Source: an uncultured Candidatus Saccharibacteria bacterium
GTDB lineage: Bacteria > Patescibacteriota > Minisyncoccia > Phycocordibacterales > CALRHW01
Direction of reading: 5' to 3'
Length of the DNA: 64,000 nucleotides
Assembly (NCBI GenBank): GCA_964390845.1
Contig: CAYMIL010000002.1
Location: 108,593 to 172,592 of the forward strand
Part shown: in pieces, positions 10,170 through 19,675 of the stretch
Layout of the letters: every line of letters begins with the position of its first letter
Position numbering within the stretch: position 1 is the stretch's first letter
The notes under the pieces: model-generated
The model's input: only the letters and a program-made list of their open reading frames with translations
Database searches by the model: none
Told to the model about the DNA's origin: nothing
Position numbers and translations under genes: made by a program

Positions 10170-10173
10170 GACC

Positions 10174-11430
10174 ATGCTTCGAAAAATATTCATTATTTTC
10201 TTCATACTCGTTCTGCTCGCTCTCGGGGCGTATGCGTTTGTATACTTCACCAACAAAAAAGCGGCTGACTCGATTATGTCTACTGTTGTCTCCGTGCAAA
10301 ACTACTTTCCTTTTGGACAAGGCCCGAGCACCGTACCCGCACCAACAGACACCTCTTCCGACACAAACACCACACCCCAAGAGCCTGGTGTACCCGTAGC
10401 ACCGCCGCGACTCCGACAAATATATTCTTCTCCCGTCGCTGGGGCAGGTGCCTTTACTATCGCAAGTACGACAGTCATTAGATTTGTAGAGCGCACAACA
10501 GGCAACCTATACGAAGCCCGCACAGACCTAGATATCGTCGAGCGCATCTCAAACACTACCGTACCAAAAGTTTCAGAGGCGTTGTTTACACAGCCAGAAA
10601 TAGTCGTCTTGCGCTACCTTACCGACGGTAGTGATGTTATAGAAACACTTCACGGATCCCTTGCCACATCCTCAACAAGCACATCCACACCTCGCACACC
10701 AACTCAGCTCACCACAACATATCTATCGCCGAACATACTTGGTTTTGTGCTCTCTCCTGCAAAAACAAAAGCCTTTTCCTTGATTCAATCGGGTTCGGGC
10801 ACAGCAGGCCTCCTTTCAAACCCCAACGGCACAGGTCAAACACCACTCTTTTCTTCACCGATACGAGAATGGATCCCTCAGTGGCCAAAGACAGACACCA
10901 TTACACTCACCACAAAGGCATCTGCACAAGCAACGGGTTATCTATATTTTGTAAACACATCAACCGGCGCGATGCGCGGGGTGCTCGGCGGTATCTATGG
11001 TCTTTCAACAATCACCAACCCAACCACAACAAAAGTCCTCTACAGCCAAGCAAACCAAACGGCAACAGGTATTGTGTTGCGTATCTACGACACGAGTAGT
11101 AAGGCAACAGCAACCATCACCTCTGGTGCGACAATCGCGGACAAGTGTGTTTGGGGAACAAAGAACACCGATGTAGTATACTGCGCCATGCCAAAAGAGA
11201 TTCCAAACGCCGCGTATCCAGACGCATGGTACAAAGGACAGGTGTCTTTCAATGACACACTCTGGCGTATCGACACAACCACCGGCAACGCTCAGCTACT
11301 GGCAGACATTACCGCTATTTCAAAGCGCGACGTAGACGCATTCAATATGTCGCTTGATCCAACAGAGCGTTTCCTTGTGTTTATGAACAAAAAAGACCTT
11401 ACGTTGTGGAGTTACGACCTCCTTCAGTAA
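10174..11430 (+). CDS. Membrane-anchored Ser/Thr-rich extracytoplasmic protein
   Basis: Start chosen at MLRKIFIIFFILVLLALGAYAF just after the pilin stop; the track ORF 10081.. extends upstream into the pilin gene. Confidence 0.55.
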   Translation: MLRKIFIIFFILVLLALGAYAFVYFTNKKAADSIMSTVVSVQNYFPFGQGPSTVPAPTDTSSDTNTTPQEPGVPVAPPRLRQIYSSPVAGAGAFTIASTTVIRFVERTTGNLYEARTDLDIVERISNTTVPKVSEALFTQPEIVVLRYLTDGSDVIETLHGSLATSSTSTSTPRTPTQLTTTYLSPNILGFVLSPAKTKAFSLIQSGSGTAGLLSNPNGTGQTPLFSSPIREWIPQWPKTDTITLTTKASAQATGYLYFVNTSTGAMRGVLGGIYGLSTITNPTTTKVLYSQANQTATGIVLRIYDTSSKATATITSGATIADKCVWGTKNTDVVYCAMPKEIPNAAYPDAWYKGQVSFNDTLWRIDTTTGNAQLLADITAISKRDVDAFNMSLDPTERFLVFMNKKDLTLWSYDLLQ

Positions 11431-11436
11431 CGTCTC

Positions 11437-12180
11437 TTACTTATCGAGTTTTCGTTTGAGCACAATCTCTTGGCCGATTGTGAAAATATTGCTTGTAATC
11501 CAGTAGAGCGAGATCGCGGCTGATATGCCATAAGAGATAAAGGCGGTGAGAAGGGGGAGGACATACTTCATCTGCAAATGCATGCTTTTTGCCAAGTCTT
11601 TCTTGAAACGATCCGCTTCTGTGTCTTGTGCGGATGCCGGAGCTGGCGTAAGTTTTGCCGCCATAATTTTTGTCTGAAAGAATGTTGAGATACCAACCAA
11701 CACAGCAAGAACAATACTTTTTGAAGAGACATTAATCAACCCCAAGAAGTTCATGTTGATAGTATCTGCTGAGGGAGCGTGGATGAATGAGTAGAGTAGC
11801 TCTGTATTTACCACGGGAAGGCCTGAATGCCAGAACACACGGTAAAGCGCAAAAATAATAGGGAGTTGAATGAAGACAAGGAGTACGCTCAGAAATGGGC
11901 GCACACCTTTCTCTTTATAGAGTTGCATCGTTCTGAGAGCGAGTTCTTGTTTATTGTCCTTAAACTCTTCTCGAAGCTTTGCAATATCGGGCTCTATTTT
12001 CTTCATCTGTATCTGCGTAGCGACAGACTTTTTAGAGAGGGGGAAGAGGGCAAGTTTGATGATGATTGTAAACAAAATCACCACAATACCCACATCAGCC
12101 CACGGCAAGATACTAATAAGACCTACGAGACCATTGTAGAGGGGCTGATAAATAGCTGCGTGGTATATGCTTGATATCAT
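11437..12180 (-). CDS. yidC: Membrane protein insertase YidC (short form)
   Basis: Hydrophobic profile; position rpmH-rnpA-yidC; LYKEKGVRPF... motif region. Confidence 0.8.
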   Translation of the reverse strand: MISSIYHAAIYQPLYNGLVGLISILPWADVGIVVILFTIIIKLALFPLSKKSVATQIQMKKIEPDIAKLREEFKDNKQELALRTMQLYKEKGVRPFLSVLLVFIQLPIIFALYRVFWHSGLPVVNTELLYSFIHAPSADTINMNFLGLINVSSKSIVLAVLVGISTFFQTKIMAAKLTPAPASAQDTEADRFKKDLAKSMHLQMKYVLPLLTAFISYGISAAISLYWITSNIFTIGQEIVLKRKLDK

Positions 12181-12218
12181 CAGGTAATTGTAGCGTACGA
12201 GCGAACCCTTTTCAAACC

Positions 12219-12551
12219 TTAGCTGATACGTGCCTTCGAGAGGAGCACCCCGACATCCTTTCGTATGTCTTCAAAAGAAGCATTCGCGGCCTGTTGTTTT
12301 GCAGAAAAAAGGTTGTGTGATGGGTTACGCACGACCGTAGGAAGAAGCTCTCGAAGCGCAGCATAGGCCCTTCTGCGTATCCTGTTTCTATCGACAGCGT
12401 GTGGCGCCACCTTTTTTGATACAGAAACGGCATACCCCTCCTTAGAAGAGGGGGTATTCCTGAGTGTGAAGTATAAAGAATGATAGACCGATCCCGCACG
12501 GAGGACCTGCTGAAACACATCCTTCCGCATTCGCTTGTGTTTGGGTAACAT
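12219..12551 (-). CDS. rnpA: RNase P protein component
   Basis: 110 aa basic protein directly downstream of rpmH; HAVDRNRIRRR motif region. Confidence 0.75.
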   Translation of the reverse strand: MLPKHKRMRKDVFQQVLRAGSVYHSLYFTLRNTPSSKEGYAVSVSKKVAPHAVDRNRIRRRAYAALRELLPTVVRNPSHNLFSAKQQAANASFEDIRKDVGVLLSKARIS

Positions 12552-12581
12552 GGCGCAGGGTCGCGCAAAAGCGCGTGCCGG

Positions 12582-12716
12582 CTAGACTGAAAGTCGAGCT
12601 CGGCCTTTTCGTCGGCGTCGAGCAACTGTCTTTTTGCCACCCGGAGTCCTCTTTCGTACGAGGAAACCATGGGTTCGTGCTCGCTTTCGCTTCTTAGGCT
12701 GATATGTTTGTGACAT
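12582..12716 (-). CDS. rpmH: 50S ribosomal protein L34
   Basis: Manual translation: [44 protein letters not shown]; not in ORF track (<60 aa). Confidence 0.85.
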   Translation of the reverse strand: MSQTYQPKKRKRARTHGFLVRKRTPGGKKTVARRRRKGRARLSV

Positions 12717-12772
12717 GTAGGGGATTATATAGCAAGAAGTCGTTTCATTCAAGGTTTTTCTGCAAAATGCTG

Positions 12773-12841
12773 TTATTCACAAGTTATTCACAATGTATCA
12801 ACATATTTATTACTTCTCAACAAGTATCATCGTTATACACA
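12773..12841. promoter_or_regulatory. DnaA-box cluster upstream of dnaA (oriC part 1 / dnaA promoter)
   Basis: TTATTCACA at 12773-12781 and 12784-12792, TTATACACA at 12833-12841 (each 1 mismatch to TTATCCACA), same orientation, AT-rich. Confidence 0.5.
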
Positions 12842-12885
12842 TCAGCTATAATAGAGCGAACAGAAATTAATTCCTTTATACAACC

Positions 12886-14235
12886 ATGGATAGCAAGAAA
12901 CTTTGGGATAGTGTTCTCGTCGACGTTGAGATGAATGTTTCAAAGGCCAATTTCAACACATGGTTTAAAGATACCTTCATCTACAAAGTGGAAGACGGGG
13001 TCGCGTTCCTCAGTGTTCCCAACGCCTTCGTTCGTGAGTGGCTCATGAACAAGTATCATGCGTTTATCCTTAAATCACTACGCACCCTCTCAGAGGGAAT
13101 CCGCGCGCTTGATTATGTTGTGAGCAAGGGGGAGATGCGCCGAAAGGAATCTGCAGAAGCAATCCGTATACCAACACCAAGTTTCGATGAGCTTCCTTTA
13201 AACGACTTCTATATCAACAAAGAGGACAACCTCAACCCAAAGTACACCTTTGATTCTTTTATTGTAGGCCCCTTCAACGAGCTCGCTCACGCTGCCGCAC
13301 AGGCGATTATTAAAAAACCAGGTATCGTCTACAACCCCCTCTTTATTTACGGAAACACCGGCCACGGTAAAACCCACCTTATTCAGGCGATCGGTAATCA
13401 CATGAAGCAGACGTACCCAGACAGAAAGATCCACTACGTTACATCAGAAAAATTTACCGTCGACTATATCAACTCCGTCCAAGCAAACAAGGTAAATCAA
13501 TTTAAAGAGAAGTATCGAAAGTACGATATTTTCATCATGGACGACATCCAGTTCTTCTCAAAGAAGGAGAGTACTCAAGAAGAGCTCTTCCATTTATTCA
13601 ACTACCTGTATGACAATAACAAACAGATCATTTTCTCCTCAGATAAGCACCCCAACTACATCCCAAACCTTGAAGATCGTCTCAAGTCCCGATTCGGCGC
13701 GGGTATGATTGTCGATATTCCAGCTCCAGACCATGAATCTCGCATCTCCATCCTTTCAGCAAAGCTTCAACCACACAACCTCAACCTCTCCCAAGAGGTG
13801 ATAGATCATCTCGCAAGTGTTCTTTCTTCAAATATCCGAGAAATCGAGGGTGCTATCAACACTATTGTGTGCCACGCTCAGCTCAAACAAAAAGAACTTA
13901 CTCTCAATGAGGTAAAAAATCTCATCAAAAACAGCGCCAAACCTAAGAAAAACCTCTCTACAAAAGAAATTATTAAGATTATTGCTGACTTCTATAACAT
14001 TCACGAGGAAAGTATCTACGAAAAAACCCGAAAAAAAGAAATTATTAAGCCTCGGCAACTCACTATGTATATTCTCCGAGAAGATTTTAACATCTCATAC
14101 CCTTCAATAGGGGAGAAAATGGGAGGGCGGGATCACACAACAGTTATCCATTCATGCGAGAAAATCAAAAACGACCTTAAGGTTGATTCTGCTCTCGCAC
14201 AAGAGCTCAACCAGATACGGTCAATGCTTGTTTGA
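12886..14235 (+). CDS. dnaA: Chromosomal replication initiator DnaA
   Basis: Walker A GNTGHGKTHL; AAA+ and C-terminal DNA-binding domain pattern; followed by dnaN. Confidence 0.95.
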   Translation: MDSKKLWDSVLVDVEMNVSKANFNTWFKDTFIYKVEDGVAFLSVPNAFVREWLMNKYHAFILKSLRTLSEGIRALDYVVSKGEMRRKESAEAIRIPTPSFDELPLNDFYINKEDNLNPKYTFDSFIVGPFNELAHAAAQAIIKKPGIVYNPLFIYGNTGHGKTHLIQAIGNHMKQTYPDRKIHYVTSEKFTVDYINSVQANKVNQFKEKYRKYDIFIMDDIQFFSKKESTQEELFHLFNYLYDNNKQIIFSSDKHPNYIPNLEDRLKSRFGAGMIVDIPAPDHESRISILSAKLQPHNLNLSQEVIDHLASVLSSNIREIEGAINTIVCHAQLKQKELTLNEVKNLIKNSAKPKKNLSTKEIIKIIADFYNIHEESIYEKTRKKEIIKPRQLTMYILREDFNISYPSIGEKMGGRDHTTVIHSCEKIKNDLKVDSALAQELNQIRSMLV

Positions 14236-14269
14236 CGTTTCTAGGGATGTGTATATCATGGGGAAAGAC

Positions 14270-14464
14270 GTGGATTACTGTTGAAAAGTCTGGTGGTTTA
14301 AAGGAGACCTCAATCCTATTCCCACCTTACCAAATCTAATCCACACCTTATTCTCCACCAAAACATACTTTTATGGCTATAAATAAGGGTTCCACGACTT
14401 ATCCAGTTATCAACACCATCTATAGTAATAATAAGTTATATATAGAAGTAATTAGAATATAGGT
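14270..14464. promoter_or_regulatory. oriC part 2: DnaA boxes plus AT-rich unwinding element between dnaA and dnaN
   Basis: TAATCCACA at 14336-14344, TTATCAACA at 14407-14415 (1 mismatch each); ~45-nt nearly pure A/T tract at 14419-14464. Confidence 0.5.
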
Positions 14465-15568
14465 ATGAAAGTAGAATGCATCGTCGAAAAACTAAGTAAG
14501 AACGTTCTACAAGCAGAACGAGTAGCAGGTAAGAACCATTCACTTGCTGTTATTAACTGTATTCTTCTTGAAGCAACTAAAGATGGTTTGGTTATTAGAT
14601 CGACAAACCTTGATCTAGGTATAGAGATTGTGATGCCTGTAAAAACCATATCCGAAGGTAAGGTGGCTATTCCATCGGGTATTCTTGGTACATTCCTTTC
14701 TAGTTTGGGTTCAGATAAAACAGTTACTCTTGAATTAAAAGAAAATAATCTTGTTGTTTCAACTGCAAAAAACTCGACAATTATTAAAACTCACCCGTCT
14801 GAAGATTTTCCTACAATCCCTTCGGTGTTGGGGGAGAAGTCTTTCAAAATTAATCCAAAAGACTTTGTACGGGGTTTGAAGTCTGTCTGGTATAGTGCGG
14901 CTGTTTCGAGTATAAAGTCTGAGTTGTCGAGCGTGTATGTTTACTGTGATGATGAGGATAATATTATCTTTGTTGCTACAGATTCATTTAGACTCGCTGA
15001 GAAAAAGATTAAAGCAAAGAAGATTCAGGATTTTACGAGCCTACTCATTCCATTTAAAAATATTCCAGAAATTATTAGGGTTCTGGAAGGAATGGATGGT
15101 GATGTCACTGTTAACTTAGAGAAAAATCAGATCGCGTTTAATCTTGAGAATGTATATCTTACATCTCGAGTTATTGACGGTGTTTTTCCTGACTACAAAC
15201 AGATTATTCCAAAAGAATACGCGACTGAAGTAGTGATGTTGAAGCAGGACTTCGCAAACTCACTGAAGATATCAAATATTTTTTCAAATAAATTAAATCA
15301 GATAAACGTGAAAGCACTTCCTTCAAAGAAGATGTTTCAGGTACAAACAAAAAACTCAGACATTGGAGAGAATACAAATACAATAGACGCAGTGTTTAGT
15401 GGGGAAGATGTCGATATGAATTTTAATTATAAGTACATTATTGATTGTCTCCAGTCGATAGAATCCGATAGTATTTCCCTTAGCTTTAATGGACAGAGTA
15501 GGCCGGTGGTTATTCGTGGTGTATCAGATAAATCGTTTCTCTATTTGGTGATGCCAATGAATCGATAA
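14465..15568 (+). CDS. dnaN: DNA polymerase III beta sliding clamp
   Basis: 367 aa; three-domain clamp-like length; position after dnaA. Confidence 0.9.
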   Translation: MKVECIVEKLSKNVLQAERVAGKNHSLAVINCILLEATKDGLVIRSTNLDLGIEIVMPVKTISEGKVAIPSGILGTFLSSLGSDKTVTLELKENNLVVSTAKNSTIIKTHPSEDFPTIPSVLGEKSFKINPKDFVRGLKSVWYSAAVSSIKSELSSVYVYCDDEDNIIFVATDSFRLAEKKIKAKKIQDFTSLLIPFKNIPEIIRVLEGMDGDVTVNLEKNQIAFNLENVYLTSRVIDGVFPDYKQIIPKEYATEVVMLKQDFANSLKISNIFSNKLNQINVKALPSKKMFQVQTKNSDIGENTNTIDAVFSGEDVDMNFNYKYIIDCLQSIESDSISLSFNGQSRPVVIRGVSDKSFLYLVMPMNR

Positions 15569-15570
15569 TT

Positions 15571-15822
15571 ATGGAGAATATATCGTCATTTCTTCAGCGA
15601 TTTAAAAAACTTCTTTCATCTCACGGTGCGGTACGACAGATAGTGGCAGAAGCTATTAAGCAAGAAGTTGGTATTGATATTTCAACTGAAAAAATCACTA
15701 TACAGTCTGGTGTTGTGTCGATACAAGCATCGACAGTGGTAAAGAGCCAAGTATTTATAAAGAAAAACGCGATCCTTGGAAGGGTACGCGCGTTAGGCTC
15801 ATCTATTTCAGATATTCGTTAG
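15571..15822 (+). CDS. DUF721/DciA-like small protein
   Basis: 83 aa immediately after dnaN; ITIQSGVVSIQASTVVKSQVFIKKNAILGRVRALG resembles the DUF721 pattern (G.L.V.V.SS.W..EL....K..IL..LN). Confidence 0.4.
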   Translation: MENISSFLQRFKKLLSSHGAVRQIVAEAIKQEVGIDISTEKITIQSGVVSIQASTVVKSQVFIKKNAILGRVRALGSSISDIR

Positions 15823-18356
15823 GGTTTAACAGTAAATTTCTTTTCTACAGCAGTTTTGTTGAATACGGTATCAAAGACAACGGCTTTAAACGTGTTTTCT
15901 CCCATAGTGATGTTTTCTGTGTCGCTTGGGACAAATGAAATTGAGAATGGTGCGTAGGAACTACTGCCGATAAAGTTGTCGTTTAGGTAGTATTCGACTT
16001 TCTGCACGGGATATGTCGAAGAGTACTCAATAGACGCTGAGATTCGCTCATTAGGGCCGTATACGAGGTCTGAGCGAGGAGATTCGATTGATGCGTGAGG
16101 CATTTTTGCTGGGGTGTGGACATCGTCGTAGTCTGTAGGTACTGCATCCTCATCAAGCTCGGTGATATGGTTATCGTTTTTCCATTTTTGCACAGCATAC
16201 TCCCAGCGATCATATTGAGGATCAGCCCCAGGGTTTTCTGGTTGTGGGCCTCGAGGATCGTTTTTATTGACCCAGTAGAGGATAGAGTGTATCTGGCCGA
16301 TAACAACATCGTCGAGTGTCTCTTGTGGTGTATATTCAGTTGCGCGTTTTCCAGAGATGGTGTCGATAGGGAAACTTTCTCCGCCTTGCCATTTTCCTCG
16401 AAGTACAGGTTTGATACCAAGGAGGTCTTCTTGTGTTGGTTCTGGGAAGGATTCAACAGGGTATTTTTTAAGCGCTTGTACCATCACCTTATTCCAAAAC
16501 GGAGCGACGATGTATCCAGCAACCTTTTTGTCCATCGGTGTGTTGTTGTTATTACCAACCCATGCACCAATAACAAGACTTGGTGTGTAACCAATAATCC
16601 ACGCATCACGATAGTTGTTGGTGGTTCCAGTTTTTACGGCAACTTCTCGGCCAGGAATATATAAATGTGAGTGAACGCCGAAAATCGGGGAGCGGAGTTC
16701 GTCCGAAGAGAGAACTTGAGAAATCTGACGTGCAACTTGGTCGGAGATAACGGTGGTGGATTCATCGGCTGGTTTTTCCATAGGGGATCCGTTTTTTTGA
16801 TCAATCTCAAGGATTGGTTGGTATGGATGACGCACGCCGTCGTTTGCAAATACGCCGTATGCGCTTGTCATATCTAAAAGGGTAACCTCACCACCTCCGA
16901 GAACGAGGGTGAGACCGTACTGGTTTACATCGGTGAGTGTTTGTACACCCATATCTCGTGCAAGCTGAAGCACATCTTTCATACCCGCAAGGTAGAGGGT
17001 TTTAATTGCGGGTATATTGATAGATTGGGCAAGCGCGGCGGCCATTGTGATTGGACCACGATATTTTCCATCGTAGTTTTGCGGAGAGTAGCAACCATTT
17101 TCATTGCTTTGGTCGTCTGGTGCACATGTCGTTGAAAACTGAGTTTTTACATCAAAGAGTGCTGTCTCTGGTGTGTATCCTTTTGCAAAGGCTTCTGCAT
17201 ATGCAAAAGGTTTAAAGGCAGAACCCGGCTGTCGTTTTGCGAGCGCAACATTAAACTGACCATCGATTTCTGTATCGAAATAGTCTCGCGAACCAACCAT
17301 GGCAAGTATGTGCCCTGTTTTTGGGTCAATCGCAACAGCGGCAGCGTTTTCTGCTTGGTGGTCTTTTTCGTTTTGTAGAGCGAATGCTTTTGCTTCTTTC
17401 TCAAGCATCTCTTGGAGGGGGTAGTCGAGGGTGGTGATTACCTTAAGACCACCTTCTTCAAGCACTTGTGTACCGTACTTTTTTTCAAGAATATCTTTTA
17501 CGAACATCACAAAGTGTGGAGCTTTGATGCCGAGGCTCTGTTGGTCTTGAAAGACAACCTGCTCTTTTTTTGCAGAGTCGTACTCTTCTTGGGTGATGTA
17601 TCCGTCTTTCAGCATCTCTTGCAAGACGATATTTTTTCGCTCATCAAGCGCCTCACGGTTTCTGTAGGGAGAATAATAGCTCGGTGCTTTAGGGAGTGAT
17701 GCGAGGTATGCAGACTCTGCGATAGTGAGGTCCTTTGCTGACTTATTAAAAAATGCGTTACTCGCTTCCTCAACGCCATAGAGACTTCCTCCGTATGGAA
17801 TCTCATTAAGGTACATACTCAAAATCTGATCCTTTGTGAGAATACGCTCAAGCTTTATTGCAAGCACCCACTCTTTTACTTTTCGAGAAATACTCTTTTC
17901 ACCCGTGAGGAGGGAGTTTTTTACAACCTGTTGAGTAATAGTTGACCCCCCTTGGCTAAACTCAAGTGTTTTGAGGTTTGCAAAGATTGCTCGAATAAAC
18001 GAAGACGGCTTTACACCGTGATGAGTATAAAATTCTTTATCTTCAATAGCGATTGTGGCATCTTTTACATGCTGAGATATCTGGTCGAAAGGAACAACGG
18101 TGCGCTTGATGTTTTGGTAGACGTCATACAGCAAAACCTGCCCTGTGCGGTCGTAGATTTTTGTTGATTGTGATACTTTGCGCTCCTGGAATGAATCGAG
18201 CGTCGGAAGCTGGAAGGTTGATATCCAGAAGATAAAGAGAGACATGCCGACGACAAAGATTCCAAGGCCTAACAAAAGGATATTTTGGATGCCGGTGCGC
18301 TTGGACCATCGCTGCGCGGCCTTCGCGATGTGCTTCATAGACCTCCATTCTAACAT
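15819..18356 (-). CDS. mrcA: Class A penicillin-binding protein (transglycosylase/transpeptidase) PBP1A
   Basis: GT51 motifs EDKEFYTHHG and GGSTITQQ; N-terminal TM; transpeptidase domain; C-terminal ~140-aa extension. Confidence 0.9.
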   Translation of the reverse strand: MLEWRSMKHIAKAAQRWSKRTGIQNILLLGLGIFVVGMSLFIFWISTFQLPTLDSFQERKVSQSTKIYDRTGQVLLYDVYQNIKRTVVPFDQISQHVKDATIAIEDKEFYTHHGVKPSSFIRAIFANLKTLEFSQGGSTITQQVVKNSLLTGEKSISRKVKEWVLAIKLERILTKDQILSMYLNEIPYGGSLYGVEEASNAFFNKSAKDLTIAESAYLASLPKAPSYYSPYRNREALDERKNIVLQEMLKDGYITQEEYDSAKKEQVVFQDQQSLGIKAPHFVMFVKDILEKKYGTQVLEEGGLKVITTLDYPLQEMLEKEAKAFALQNEKDHQAENAAAVAIDPKTGHILAMVGSRDYFDTEIDGQFNVALAKRQPGSAFKPFAYAEAFAKGYTPETALFDVKTQFSTTCAPDDQSNENGCYSPQNYDGKYRGPITMAAALAQSINIPAIKTLYLAGMKDVLQLARDMGVQTLTDVNQYGLTLVLGGGEVTLLDMTSAYGVFANDGVRHPYQPILEIDQKNGSPMEKPADESTTVISDQVARQISQVLSSDELRSPIFGVHSHLYIPGREVAVKTGTTNNYRDAWIIGYTPSLVIGAWVGNNNNTPMDKKVAGYIVAPFWNKVMVQALKKYPVESFPEPTQEDLLGIKPVLRGKWQGGESFPIDTISGKRATEYTPQETLDDVVIGQIHSILYWVNKNDPRGPQPENPGADPQYDRWEYAVQKWKNDNHITELDEDAVPTDYDDVHTPAKMPHASIESPRSDLVYGPNERISASIEYSSTYPVQKVEYYLNDNFIGSSSYAPFSISFVPSDTENITMGENTFKAVVFDTVFNKTAVEKKFTVKP

Positions 18357-18416
18357 ACCACCCCGCAGACTGTCGTCGTACCAAAGCGTACGTGAATATG
18401 CTAGAGTAACGATATT

Positions 18417-19643
18417 ATGAAAAGGTTATTTTCACGATCTACACCACAGGTAAGTACCAACCAAGAACAAATACGAAATATCCTTACTCGTGGAGTTGAG
18501 GATGTATTTGTCGCAGAATCTCTTGAGAAGAAATTGCGCTCAGGCAAGCAGTTGCGCGTAAAACTTGGGTTTGACCCGACAGGTTCACAGATTCATATTG
18601 GTCGCGCGGTTGCGCTCAGGAAATTGCGTGCGTTTCAAGATCTTGGGCACAAGGTGGTCTTTGTTGTCGGCGACTTTACTGCGCGCATTGGTGACCCATC
18701 AGACAAGCTCGATAAACGCCCAATGCTTTCACACGAGGCTATCAAAAAAAACCTCGTCAACTATAAACAGCAGGTTGGAAAAATTATCGACATGCGACGC
18801 GCGGAGTTTCATTTCAACAGTACATGGCTCTCCAAGCTTGGTTTTGAGGAAATTACTGAGCTTGCAGAAAGTTTTTCTGTTCAGCAGATGTCAAATAGGC
18901 GCAATTTTAAAGACCGTCTTGAGAAGGGGGAAGAGGTGTCACTGCGAGAATTTTTGTACCCCCTCATGCAAGGATACGACTCGGTACGGGTAAAGGCGGA
19001 TGTCGAAATTGGCGGTTTTGATCAGTTGTTTAACCTAAAAGCGGGACGAATAATTCAGAAACACTATGGCATGCCTGAGCAAGATGTCCTTACGGTGCAA
19101 ATGCTTGAGGGCACAGATGGCCGAAAGATGTCTACGAGTTGGGGCAATGTCATCAATATTACCGATGAACCGCATGACATGTTTGGAAAGGTGATGTCGT
19201 TGCGTGACAACCTTATTACTCGATACTTTTTGCTCTGTACAGATATGTCAGAAGCAGAGATTGGCGCTATCGAAAAAGGTTTTGAGATGGGAGCAAACCC
19301 GCGTGATGCAAAACTTACGCTCGCACGACACATCGTAACCCTCTACCACGGAGCGCGCGCCGCAGAGGATGCGCACACAGCGTTTATCGAAACCTTTCAG
19401 AAGGGGGGCGTTCCTGATGATATACAGGAAATACATCTTGCTCCAAACGCACCGCTTGGTGAGGCACTCGTTGCCAATGGTATTGTAAAATCAAAATCAG
19501 ACTTCAGGCGTCTTGTGTCTGAGGGTGCTATTCAGGATATGGAGGACGGCACACGAGTTACCGACCCACTTTTTATTGTATGGAAAAACGCAACTCTTAA
19601 GGTAGGGAAGCGTCGTTTCGTAAAAATCGTTGTTGAGTCATAG
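18417..19643 (+). CDS. tyrS: Tyrosyl-tRNA synthetase
   Basis: HIGH-type motif (GSQIHIGRAV); KMSKS-type motif KMSTS; C-terminal S4-like domain. Confidence 0.9.
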   Translation: MKRLFSRSTPQVSTNQEQIRNILTRGVEDVFVAESLEKKLRSGKQLRVKLGFDPTGSQIHIGRAVALRKLRAFQDLGHKVVFVVGDFTARIGDPSDKLDKRPMLSHEAIKKNLVNYKQQVGKIIDMRRAEFHFNSTWLSKLGFEEITELAESFSVQQMSNRRNFKDRLEKGEEVSLREFLYPLMQGYDSVRVKADVEIGGFDQLFNLKAGRIIQKHYGMPEQDVLTVQMLEGTDGRKMSTSWGNVINITDEPHDMFGKVMSLRDNLITRYFLLCTDMSEAEIGAIEKGFEMGANPRDAKLTLARHIVTLYHGARAAEDAHTAFIETFQKGGVPDDIQEIHLAPNAPLGEALVANGIVKSKSDFRRLVSEGAIQDMEDGTRVTDPLFIVWKNATLKVGKRRFVKIVVES

Positions 19644-19675
19644 AAAAAGACCGCCACACGGCGGTCTTTTTCTTT
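19644..19675. terminator. Bidirectional rho-independent terminator
   Basis: AGACCGCCACACGGCGGTCT hairpin flanked by A-run and T-run. Confidence 0.65.

Noticed and set aside
10081-10173. Upstream extension of ORF 10081..11430 overlapping the pilin gene
   Set aside because: In-frame Met at 10174 sits immediately after the pilin stop and begins a TM anchor; the 5' extension overlaps the pilin coding region by ~90 nt
12212-12670. 152-aa minus-strand ORF
   Set aside because: Out-of-frame overlap of rnpA and rpmH; the true genes (12219..12551 and 12582..12716) are recognisable by sequence
15983-18384. Multiple ORFs antisense/alternate-frame to the PBP1A gene (e.g. 15983..16456, 16095..16664, 18124..18384)
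   Set aside because: PBP1A has unambiguous GT51/transpeptidase motifs across the full interval; nested ORFs lack motifs
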